From Octopus vulgaris (lineage: Eukaryota): a DNA stretch of 64,000 nucleotides. The position numbers and the translations under genes are program-made. The notes under the pieces were generated by a model that was given only the letters and a program-made list of their open reading frames with translations, did not search any database and was not told where the DNA came from. The stretch's first letter is position 1; every line of letters begins with the position of its first letter. This document shows positions 44,481-57,550 of this stretch, one piece after another. The stretch spans positions 12,524,001 to 12,588,000 of the forward strand of contig OX597832.1 in the NCBI GenBank assembly GCA_951406725.2, in the 5' to 3' direction.

Positions 44481-46689
44481 AAGTTCCCTGGTTAGACCAA
44501 AGATATACGCATATCAAAAGAGAAATATGAAAATGCATCGCATTAGATTTTCTAAATGCAGATTTGTAGATCTGCGTATTAGTGAAGAAGTTTGAAGAAT
44601 ATATGAAGGGACAATCTGGCTTGATTAAACAGAATCTTAGTTTCCACTTCCATTTGAAACCATATCATCTGGTATATACGGCATGTGAATTTGGACACCA
44701 CATCATAAGTTTCTTTTAAACTTATATATATAAAGAAAGTTTGCACTTTACAAACATAGAATATAAGTTTATATCACATCCATATGGGAAAAATAGCTTA
44801 ATGACTGAAGCGGGAAAATGTATGTGGAACCGTGATATTAGCTGAATATGCGCATATCGAAATTAAATTATAGATATTTTCGAATTACAGGGGAAAGCAT
44901 GCTGGCATATGAATGCACCACTAAAAAGGTTTTAATGCAATTTCAAATGTCCTCTCCCTGAAATATTCTATATATTTTTTGTCAAACAATATGATCAACT
45001 TTCAGGGATGAATGAAGGAAATAAAGAAAACTATTGATTAGAAAGAGAATCCAAAGATTCATTTCACTGAGATTGTGTCATTGTATAGGCACACTAATAT
45101 TGATACGTTTATGCATTTATAAATCATTCTTCCCCCCAAAAAATCAATGCAAGAGATGAGGGAGTGTGTTATTAGCCTTCAGAAGAAAATCCGGCCTATA
45201 TCCGATAACGATATTACAAATCAAGATAAACAATGACAATTACTTTGATGAAACGATAAAAGAAATCCACGGACAGTTATTCAAAAGACTGGACACTTTG
45301 AAGGATGGCAACTGTGTTACGATAGTAGCTTGTTGATGTCGATTATTCGAAATTGCAGCATATATTTATTTATGATAGAAACAATAAAGCTATAGAGAGA
45401 AGTGTGAGAGGAAAGAAGTCCATGCCTCTAAAGCCAACATCGCTTCTGTTGAACTGCTAAATGTCTAGCCAAGCAGAAAAACCGAAATGAAACTTCCACA
45501 TTGAAACAACTACATTTCAAAATTTCTACTCTTTAGAAATCATTAATTTTTATTATTATTTTATTTTTTTGCCACGACTGCTTCCCTTATTCAGTATCAA
45601 TCGATCGATTGAAGATAACGCAAGAGATATTGATTTGTAATCTCTTTCGGAGAGCTTTCATTTCTTGCTAAAAGAGGAATTTAGTCATAATTCTATTTCA
45701 ACTTCCATGATTTATTGAGGAGTGACGTGATAAAGGAGGCTAAACACATTAATCATACTGGCAATGCGCCTCAGTTCTGTTTACGATTCTAAAAACGGAG
45801 AATGTAGAGAAACCGAACTATAGTTGTATATATATGTGTGGGTCAGAGTGTGTATATGCATGTATGTATAGTACGTATGCATATATAAAAACATACATAC
45901 ACACATACCTACACACACACACACACGAACATATATGTATATATAGGTAATATGCAGAAAATATATCTCCATACATATGTATAAATGTGTACACGCGCGG
46001 ATGTGTATGTATACATGAAGAAAAATATTTGAGTCTAAATACATACACACATAGGCACACACACACACGCATATATATATACATATACATGCATATATAC
46101 ATATATGTATATACACATATATATATATACATATATATATATATAAATATACACACAAATATATATATACATACACGTATATGTATATACACATGTATGT
46201 ACATACATATATATGCATATCCAGGTATATATATATATATATATATATACGTGTCTATCTATGTACGTCTTTATGAATGTATGTATGAATTTAAGTACAT
46301 ACATACATGTTCATATACCATACATATTTATTTCACATATATTTCACATTCATTTCACATACATGTATAGAATATATATATATATTCCATGTGTGTGTCT
46401 GCGGGCGCAATGACTTGTCTCTATGTGTGTGTTTGTGTCTGAATATACATATACCTATTTCCCCGTTTGAAATGATTCACAATAGTCTAGTTAGTACGAT
46501 CATCTCAATAAATGGAATTGATCTTTACATCGTACGCTTTTGGTACCAACACACTACGTATGTAGATGCATAGGTACACCCAGCATGCACTTACACATAT
46601 GTATACATGCATACATACATACATACATACATACATACATACATACATACATACACACATATATATATATATATACACACATATCTATA

Positions 46690-46747
<58 letters not shown>

Positions 46748-46749
<2 letters not shown>

Positions 46750-46867
46750 CCTGTTCGCTTAGCCAGCGGGTGGTATCATTTGAAGGTTAAAGCAATGCGA
46801 AGCACATTGTGACCAGCGATGTGTAGCGACATCTGATAGCCTGGTCGGTCACGGTGATCACGTTGAT
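46748..46867 (+). repeat. GC-richer interspersed repeat fragment (retroelement 3' end-like) between (TA)n runs
   Basis: Sharp compositional block GGCCTGTTCGCTTAGCCAGCGGG...GGTCGGTCACGGTGATCACG flanked by TA repeats. Confidence 0.5.
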
Positions 46868-48337
46868 ATATATATATATATTTAAATTTTCTTCGGCATC
46901 CAATTGAAATTAGATTAATAATAAGGGCACCGGTTTAGCCGTAGTGTATGTATTTCACATTATCTGTCCACCTACTAATATATTCTCTATGAGCCAAATG
47001 TAAAGGTTAGATTATAGATTTATATTTTAATTCACATAATGAAAACTTCTCTTTTCATGATGTACTTTTTTCATCGATAAAACGCCCCTGAAACAGCTGT
47101 AATGAACCCCAGCCCAATTTGTATGTATGCACATATGTATGCATTATGTATGTATATGCGTATGTGTGTATACATATATGTGTCAAGCATGTACATATGT
47201 ATATGCTATGGGCGTTAACAGTTTCGGTTTGTACGGTTGTGCTTGGCTTTGAAAACAAAACATTCGTCTCCTTTCAATTACTGAGAAACAAAATTTGCAT
47301 TTCATCCGTCTCGTAAAATAAATTCTCTTTGGACGTAATTGTCTTCAAGGAGGGAAATAATTTCAATATCTTCTCATAATAATGAAAATTATGCAAGATT
47401 ATCGTAAGAAGATCGAACAAAGCTAAAGGTTTGGGAATAGGTATTTGACACATGCGTCCGAACAACATATGATAAATAACAGGCTACCTGAATATATCAG
47501 AGAAGGAAACATCCGGAGGGTGTTGAAATTCTCAGCTTACGCATTTTGACTAAAAAATCTTAAAGTACATCAGCAGCCAGCATGATTTTCAGATTAAAGT
47601 CGAATCGAAAATTTATCGTCGTCATCGTCAAGAAGTCGTAGAAGTAAGTGCAAATAGCGTAGATTTGTTTAAGATGGATCACAAGTTGCGAGGAAGTGAC
47701 CCACATACATAATTTCATGACCTTCCTCAGCGACACATACAATGAGACATGCACGACCCAGTTATGAAACTGAAATGTAATACTGCTGATCCCGTTATAG
47801 TTTTGAATGGCGGTTTCTTTAATATGTCCTTAATTCGTAGTCCCCTTCATCTTCCAGTTCAAACGTTGAGATTTGTTGTAATCATCGTGCGCTTGTTTCA
47901 CCGTTGGGGGTCTTTGGTATTTCGCCGCGTCTAATCATAGTCAGATCGTCGCACCTTGTTATAGTGGAGGGGCATGCCTGAACAAATAACACTGAAAGCA
48001 ATGACTTTCGGGAGTTCTAAATTCTTGGTAGGGCCACTTTTGGCGGCGAGGTCAAAGAAAACGACCCAGACTAATCGCGACCGGAATTTATAGAGACGGA
48101 ACGAAAGTCTGAGCTTAGTATGAAATTGGATCTATTGCATGAAATTTGATTTATGGTAATATGTTAGCTAATGTTATAGATTGATTTGTTAGAAGCTGAT
48201 ATCATTTTTAAAAATTCTGTGAACATAATCAATCATAACGCCACAAGAAAATATTTTTCAGTGTTCTGTAATAAACATAACACATTCTTCATATATGCAT
48301 GCTTTACATACATATACATATATACAAATATAAAAAC

Positions 48338-48408
<71 letters not shown>

Positions 48409-48412
<4 letters not shown>

Positions 48413-49655
48413 TCTGTTAGACAAAATAATGCAAAGACCTTAACATTTCAAACAAATATATATTTTAATATTTTATTTTTTAATATGGGGTAGGACCGCC
48501 TTTGGCAGTAATTACAACTTGAATTCTGCGAGGTATGGACTCGTAGAAAGATTGAATTCTTTCCAAAAGAAATATTGTCCATTATTCTGCTAAACAGATT
48601 CCAGTTTTTGTAGCGATGATGGTGGAGGATATCGACTCCTTACATGTTTTTCTAAAATGCACCGTAAAGGTTCAATAATATTGATATCAATGGACTATGG
48701 TGGCCAGATAAGATGTTGTTCACTAGAATGTTCCTCGTGCCATTCAATAGCCAATTTAATTTTGTGAATTGGTGTTGTATTATCATACACAAAGATTGCA
48801 TTTCCCTCCAGAAACAATTCCACAAGCATAGGATGAATTTGATCAGATAAAATGCTTAAATAGTCTTGAAAATTAATTCTGCCATGAAGGGAAACCACTG
48901 GACCGGCGGATTTCCAAGTTATAGCCCCACAGTTCATCACAGATCCTCAACCATGTTTAACAGCTGCAAGAAGGCAGTCTGGGTCAAATGCTTCTTTTGG
49001 GTATCTCCACACGTATACTTGGCCAGTGGTCGGATAAATGGTAAAGGATGACTTGTCCGAGGAAATAAAATTCTTCCATTGCTCTAGGGAGCAATTCTGT
49101 AGGTTTTTACTCCACTCTAAACGCTATGCAATGTTAATTTTTGAAGTCGTGCATTGTGTAGTTCTCGACGAACAGTTTTTGCTGAATCTAGTTTTTCGAG
49201 GTAGTCATTAGGCACTGCAGTAATTTTGAAAGCTGTACTTTTGTGATCCTTTCTTACAATTCGCGTGACAGTCCCTATCTGAATGTTCTGGATTTCTTCC
49301 GGAGTTTTGTTTCGGTGAGGAGGGTTTTTTTCCTGTTTCTCAAAGGCTGTCATTATTTTCGAGAGAGTACTTCATGATAAATCAAATATTTCGGCTGTTT
49401 TCATTAAGCTGGTGCTTGACACACAAACACCAACAATCTGACCTCTTTGAAAGTTCGATAGGTCTGTCATTTTAATGCATTTTAATTACCTATTTCTGGT
49501 GATATCTTAAAAGAAACAACAATTTTAGCAAAACATATTAAGCAATACTAATAATATACCAGAAAACATAAAAATAAACAAGCTTTTCACGGTTTTATAG
49601 ATACTTCAATATTATGATGCTATGATGCGAGGTGTTTCCATCGTTTTTTCCAATA
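48409..49655 (-). mobile_element. Full-length decayed Tc1-superfamily DNA transposon (~1.25 kb)
   Basis: Imperfect TIRs GTTAGACAAAATAATGCAAAGACCT (48416-48440) / AGGTGTTTCCATCGTTTTTTCCAA (49630-49653); (TA)n on both flanks; transposase pseudogene inside. Confidence 0.9.
48480..49470 (-). pseudogene. Tc1-like DDE transposase pseudogene (D36E spacing)
   Basis: MTDLSNFQRGQIVG...RIVRKDHKSTAFKITA...SAKTVRRELH...SSDKSSFTIYPTTGQVYVWRYPKEAFDPDCL..VKHG*GSVM...VYDNTTPIH...WPP*SIDINIIEPL...SIPRRIQVVITAKGGPTPY*; multiple stops and frameshifts. Confidence 0.92.
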
Positions 49656-50445
49656 TATATATATGGACATATATATATATTTATACACACACATATATAT
49701 ATGTATAAATGTATGTATGTATATATATATATATATCGATACATAGATACATATATGCATATACATATATACATACATACATATTATTTGTAACAGCTAT
49801 ATATCATTACAACCTATTTCAGATTATCCTTGGACATTCACGGGTGTTTTTGTCCTTTTTTACTTACCCAAACAGCAATCACATGATTGACGTTAATAAA
49901 ATGCAATATTTACCCCAATGTAACTTATATGCCCAAGTAAATTCAAATATTTAAACATTGGTCAGCATATGTGCTACACCTCCCTGAATTTTATGATTTT
50001 ACCGACGTAATATAAACTTCATACTTAAGTGCTAAATCTCTTGTTAAATATCATAAATTGCATACAGAGGGGAAATCTACAAAGAATTTTTCAAATAAAT
50101 ACAGAACAAAAACTAGTAAAATGCATCGATCAGAAAATCTATCGACGGTTTGCCAAATATTTTAGTATTTTATTGGTTTCATTTATGTGCGGTGTCATAC
50201 CTTTCAAACACTATCAAAATTTGACAGGCACAAAAATACTTTATTGAAATTTGATGGAGCAAAGTCAAGTCACACTCAACGGATTTAAACTGAAAGTGTA
50301 AATATATAGAGGTTAAATTTTGGAGAAGAACATTTTATAAGAATCTTTAATGATTCTCGTAAATAGATATATGTGTACTTGCGTGTATGCATGTGTGTAG
50401 GTATGATTGAATTTATGCATATATGTGTGTGCGTAAATGCATATG

Positions 50446-51080
<635 letters not shown>

Positions 51081-51684
51081 CGGTATATACCTGCCTATGC
51101 TTGTAGATAAACAGATTGATAGATAGATGGGGGAAAGATGGATAGATGGATGCATGGATAGACAGACCGTCAGATCGATATATAGATAGTTACATACATT
51201 CAAACGTATATACATACATATACAGATATGTACATATTTAGCATATTTACATATTTCACAAACCTCACTCATAATTTGAGTTTGAAACGTGTAAACCATT
51301 AAAACGTCCAATCAATGCATAAGATTTTGAGTGCGTTTCTACGGGCCATATATATATATATATATATCAGCTTTAGATATACAAGGGTTTGATAAACTAG
51401 TCTATAATTTAAAATCAGTAGCAGGCATAGTCATCCTGATAACTTTAGTTACTTCCATGCTGAGTAGAGACAACATTTTCCGTATCTATCTCCTTAATTT
51501 TAGGTACATTTATACTAATGTGTCCATCTGTTATATTTTAATTAAATTCTATCTCTTTGTGCAGCTGAAGATTGCTCTACTTTTTAAATTGATGTAATGA
51601 TTGCATTGTTCAATAAAATGGAGTTGCATGAAACGATCGTACAGCATTACCTCTGGATATCCTTGTTGCTTATTTCGATATATA

Positions 51685-51723
<39 letters not shown>

Positions 51724-51759
51724 GTGTGTGTTAGTGCGCGTGTATATATACATATATAG

Positions 51760-51790
<31 letters not shown>

Positions 51791-52271
51791 TGTATGTATT
51801 ATGTATGTAAGTATACACATATGTGTGTTTGCGTGGGTGCGTTAGTGTGTGCTTGTGCGTCTGCGGATGTGTATTGTGTTATCTAACTGTCATGCTAGAG
51901 AGATAAAAAAAAGTAGAAAGTGAGAAAAAGAGAGGAAACTTAGTAATTAACCATATGAGAAATTATTTAGATACTTGCTGGAAGATAAATTTATTACCAG
52001 ATTTATCTGAAAAACATTGCCTGTTTGTAACCCAAAATAGAAGTTACGGTAAATCAAGATTAAAGGAAGTAAGAGCCTCAATCTAACCTAACCATGTGGG
52101 GAGATAAAATAAAGGGTTTATGATTTGCAGGAATTAATTACATTTCTTTATGTTACGTGTTGAAATGATAGAGAGGTCGGCTTGACATTTTTTATCATTC
52201 CAGTAATTATGCAATAATTACTAGAGAAATGCTGTGAGCAGTGCTCGGATCTAATATCTGTAAAATGGGTT

Positions 52272-52432
52272 TGATGATGATGGTGATGATGACGATGATG
52301 ATGATGATGATGATGGTGATGATGACTACGATGATGAATACGACGCTGATGATGATGATCATCATCATCATTACCATCATCCTCATCATCATCATTATCA
52401 TCATTATCATCATTATTATCATCATCATCGTC
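52272..52432. repeat. Palindromic (GAT)n|(ATC)n trinucleotide tract
   Basis: Perfect 24-bp palindrome 52347-52370 with imperfect ~80-bp arms. Confidence 0.9.
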
Positions 52433-52900
52433 AGCCTTAGCATCAGCCTCATCACAATACCCATGATCGTCTGCATGATCATGATCAGGAGGATACACAT
52501 AGATGCAAAGGGCCGCTGAAGAGGTTATATTATTTTACAGATTCCCTTTAAAATTTAATGTTTTATTACTAACAAATAAAATTATCTTCTAAGTCATTTT
52601 GATGCTTTGAAAATTTTGTTGTTGATAATGTGATTTGGTGTTTTATAGGCAGATAATTACACGTTGAACAGAGTCTATCAACAAATGCATAATATATAAG
52701 ATAATTTATATGAAAATGCTATTTGTCTGTGCGTATGTCTATGTGTATATAACTACCTAGGTGTGCGTGTACGCAAATATTTCTTCAATACTGATTAGAA
52801 TGCGCAGTTACCCCGCGTAGTTGAGAGAAAAGTATATATAAACCCTGAAGATTAAACACCCCCACACATATATATATAGTTATATATGCATATATATATA

Positions 52901-52980
<80 letters not shown>

Positions 52981-53043
52981 CACACACACATACAAACACA
53001 TATATATTAAGAGAATTACTATACATAAATGCCCCACGCTAGG

Positions 53044-53288
53044 AGGGACTCTTAAAGTTAAAAGCTACCATAATAGAGACATTGTACCGAACGTGAGGGA
53101 ATGCAACTCTCGAAGCATCCGATTTTCCTTGCACTCAAGATTTAAAAGTGCATTATGTGCACTACGTATGAAATCATATGATCTACAGCTGAATCTGTTT
53201 TTAAAAGGCTGGCTTAGAGAGTTGCACTCCCTCGCATTCGATACAATGTGTTTATTATGGTAGATTTGGACTGACTTTAAGAGTCTCT
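53044..53288. mobile_element. MITE/fold-back element with ~70-bp imperfect TIRs
   Basis: GACTCTTAAAGT..CTACCATAATAGAGACATTGTACCGAACGTGAGGGAATGCAACTCTCGAAGC (53047-53116) pairs with GCTTAGAGAGTTGCACTCCCTCGCATTCGATACAATGTGTTTATTATGGTAG..ACTTTAAGAGTC (53212-53285). Confidence 0.8.
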
Positions 53289-53364
53289 GCGACATATACT
53301 ATATGTAACCTAGTCATTGGCATTTATCCACGGCGACTTCCTATGCAAATATGAATATATATAA

Positions 53365-53411
<47 letters not shown>

Positions 53412-54669
53412 CATGTCATGTAAATAAGTATGTGTATGTCTGTGTGACATACAGATCATCTAAACTCTCTTCCATTCTGTAACTGCTTTAATTGCTTCAT
53501 GTGGATTCTGATATATTTACAGTTCCAAAATCCTTACGTACGGTTCATTAATGAAACGTACGTTCAGCTATGCATGATTGTAACTTTCAACTAGATTAAA
53601 TCCTCGAATTCCTAAAGATTTTATAAATGACGAAATATTTCCCTTAAAAACTTTCTGTGATTCGGTCGATACATTCATGCTACAGAATTTAACTTTTATC
53701 GTTATCAAGTTTGGCTATTTAGAGGGAATAGCTTTCCTTACATAATAGAGATGATGTATTTGTTAACTACGTTTTGTTATGGTGCATCTGTTAACTACTT
53801 TTAGATAGAGAAACAAGGTGAGGAATACCTCATCTTCTTTCTCTATCGATCTATCTGTTTCTTTTTTATCCCCTAATTTGATTTTAAATGATATGTCTAC
53901 CACGCATACAAAAAAAAACAAAAAAACATTCATTTCAGTCACTGTGCAAAATATAGAGCTCTGCCTAAATAACTGTGTCTTTTAATGTTGGCAATGATGT
54001 GTTTCGTTTGTTTTATGGCATGTGCATGTCTCATTATCCCGACGGAATAAGCCGTTAGGCGAAACTTTAGAACTCACTCAACAAAGGACTCTAATATATA
54101 TATATATATATATATAATACATTATATCCACATACCTTTGACTGTAAGCGAAATGTTGGTATAAACATAAATGGTGAAACGAGGTACATATTAAAATGAC
54201 ATTTTTTCCCCATGTCGAGTGATGTCAATTTACAAAACAATTTTCATTCCTTTATGTCACGCAATGCAAACTCGATTGATGTGTCACATGACACATACTA
54301 CAGAATATTTTCCGTAAAATAACTATATTTCGACTCACAAACCTTATGTTACCAACAGAGTTCAGCATTTTTACCAAAGAGATGCACAATATTTAAAGGT
54401 TAATTTCACCCCATACCTCTTTATCTATTTCATGGCAAAGTTTCAGTCACTATCAAAACTAACGGTTGCTTAAGTATGGAATCATTTTAGCTTGTATATC
54501 TATGGTATTTATGTTTTATTTATGGTAAAATGCTTCGGTTCCTGGTTATATATCTGCTAGAGTACGGGAACGTAGCGCACCACCATCAGTTGCTCATCGG
54601 TTGGAACTCATACGCATGCGCGCGCGAGTACACACATACACAAAAATACACCATACCCTCACCCACAGA

Positions 54670-54723
<54 letters not shown>

Positions 54724-55714
54724 AATGTCATGTAAATAAGTATGTCTATGTCTGTGTGACAAAATATAACTGATCAAATGATGCTGATAGTTTTGCGCGT
54801 TTTATATATATATATATATATATACCCACGCACGTCGGGCTTCAGTCAGTTTCCGTCTGTCGAATATGCTCACACGCATATGTGTATGGGGTGTGTTGTG
54901 TGTGTTTCTACACTTAGCTCTGTGCTTTTGTACGTAAATACGGACACTCTATGACTAAGAGGTCTAACAGATAAATAGATTCAAGTCTTTCCTGCTTCTT
55001 GATCAGAACAAGGTATATTATTCTTCCAATAACTTGTTAACCTTTTCTCATAATTTTTTTGCTGGAGTTCATGACACACCAAGAAAGGCATCTATCTTTT
55101 AGTGAGCAGGAATAATACCTAATGCAGTGGTTTTATATGTTCATGCCATGAATGTTTAATTTCCGTTTGAACTCTTTCAAATTAACTTACTCCACCTACC
55201 CGTTTTTTTTTCCCTTTTGAAGTCAATTGCCTGTAAAGAAAATATATCCGCCACTGTGATTTATTATCGATACAATATATGAAAAATCAAAGCTTTCTAT
55301 AGAGATCCAAAGATTCATAAGGTGATACTGTATGTTTAATTTTCTTTTTGATAGGTGCGTGTTCATAGTTTTTTCTTCATTATTACGTTAGCAAATACAG
55401 AAGGTACAGAATGCTGCATTGGTGAACTAGGTTTGTTTCGTTCTCGTTATAGAGAAATATATTTGATATATCATATATATACACGCACACGAAACAAACA
55501 AAAAAAATCCTCTCGTTATTGTATAGGATTTGCGGAGAGAAATTCACTATATATAATATGGAAAAAATCAACCCGCCGAAAATTTTCTCATTTATACATA
55601 CATACATACATACATACACACATACATACAAATATACAAATGTGTGTGAATGTGTGTTTGTGTATATATATCATATATATTATATATTATATATATACAC
55701 ATATATATATATAT

Positions 55715-55762
<48 letters not shown>

Positions 55763-55779
55763 ACACATATAGTAATGAT

Positions 55780-56338
55780 ATAGCCGTCCGGCACGCGAAA
55801 TCTTTTTTCCCACGAGAGATTTTCGGACCCCAGCAATGAACTCATTTGCATACAACCAATCAGAGCTGACCTTGAGCTTGTTGTCAAGTTAACAAATACA
55901 CTCTGCCAAGGAAACTCATGACGAAGAACGGTGTTGTAAGATCACCAAGTTATGCCTAATTTTAGAAGTAGATAAGTAATTAGACAGATTTGCATCTATA
56001 ACTATTATCTGTTTGGGCCCCATATGTTAAAGATGTAGATGGGAATGGGAAATAGGTGAGTAGAGGCTGATGTGCTAGCAATCCTTTCCTCTTACTGTGT
56101 TACAAAGTAAACAACAACACAAATAACTACGCAGATGCAGCCCTAGTTGAGACAAGAACAAGCATTCTTAAAAGAGAAAATAAGCATGGTCATTCTTTTA
56201 CCCAAGGGATTCTATTTTATCGCCCATTTTTTAAATGCGCTCATAAAGTAGTTTGGTACTTTAGCTCTGATTGGCTGTATGCAAATCTGTTCATAACTAG
56301 GTTCTGTGGGAAACATTTTCGCCTCCTACACATGCTAT
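55780..56338. mobile_element. Non-autonomous TIR element (~560 bp) with octamer+CCAAT motif in both arms
   Basis: GAACTCATTTGCATACAACCAATCAGAGCT (55838-55867) versus the reverse complement of AGCTCTGATTGGCTGTATGCAAATCTGTTC (56263-56292). Weaker symmetry extends through GCGAAA..TTTCCCAC to ATAGC/GCTAT. Confidence 0.65.
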
Positions 56339-56945
56339 GCGTCAGCAAACTCGCGATAAAAAAATACACATACATTGAATTTGTGCAGTGAATAATATTT
56401 ATAATACGAGCGCTGCTTTTAATTCGTTTTCGAATATAAACTACCTGCTACTTCACCAACCATAACGACTTAGATTTTACACATTTACTACCCGATATTT
56501 CATCACATTCCAACAGCATTAAACCTGTAGAAAACCATCCGCCTCCACCACACCACACAACACTCACACAATACATACGCAGCGCCTCTACAAACCAAAT
56601 GATTTACATCGGACGTTCACTGAACAAGAAACAGAGAGAGCATTATGAGAACACAACATCACGAAAACTTCCTCTTTACTTTACCATACATCAAGTCTGA
56701 TGGAATATACAAACGCCGTGCTTCGTCAGAGCAAAGGCAGTATAACAAAAAAAATATCATGAACCACGGATGTTCATGTAGTGATATATTATAAATATCA
56801 ACGTAACTAGTGATAACATGTAATTTAATAGAAACAATACGAATACTGATGACAATATTGAATAATCTGGGCATAAGGACAGTGAAGTTTCTAGGAGCAG
56901 TGATCGAACACGAAAGTAGCTGCTAACTGAATGACTAGAAGAAAA

Positions 56946-57550
56946 ATGGAATGGAAGCACTCCGTCGGTTACGACGACGAGGGTTCCGGTTGATCCGAAT
57001 CAACGGAACAGCCTGCTCGTGAAATTAACGTGTAAGTGGCTGAGCACTCCACAGATACCTGTACCCTTAACGTAGTTCTCGGGGATATTCAGCGTGACAC
57101 AGAGAGTGACAAGGCCGGCCCCTTGAAATACAAGGTACAACAGAAACAGGAAGTAAGAGTGAGAGAAAGTTATGGTGAAAGAGTACAGCAGGGATCATCA
57201 CCATCCCCTGCCGGAGCCTCGTGGAGCTTTTTAGGTGTTTTCGCTCAATAGCTATTATCTATAGATTTTTAGAGAGTTACTTCCCTTTAAAAAAATATGC
57301 ATGAAAATGGAAAAAAAATGGAAATTTTTAAAATCGTAGACTCATCGTAGACGCGCACTAATACCCAGAAGGGCTCGATATGAATCACGACTATAAGATA
57401 CCCGGTTTTGGTTAAACTGCACCGCAAAATGTGGGAGTAGTTAGGAATCTAAATCGAAGGGGACAGACACTCACAACGCCCGGTCTGGGAATCGAAACCA
57501 CGATCCTATGACCGCGAGTCCGCTGCCCTAACCACTGGGCCATTGCGCCT
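56946..57550 (-). mobile_element. tRNA-derived SINE, family C (tail type 2), interrupted by a Helitron fragment
   Basis: Minus-strand head AGGCGCAATGGCCCAGTGGTTAGGGCAGCGG...GGTTTCGATTCCC; body matches the 33679 copy; ends GGAGTGCTTCCATTCCA. Confidence 0.85.
57251..57466 (-). mobile_element. Internal fragment of the Helitron family seen at 855-1251
   Basis: Near-identical reverse complement of ~887-1100 (e.g. GATTTAGATTCCTAACTACTCCCACATTTTGCGGTGCAGTTTAACCAAAACCGGGTATC); lacks both Helitron termini. Confidence 0.9.

Noticed and set aside
49863-49990. Minus-strand acceptor/donor pair enclosing ~115 nt
   Set aside because: Stop codons in all three frames.
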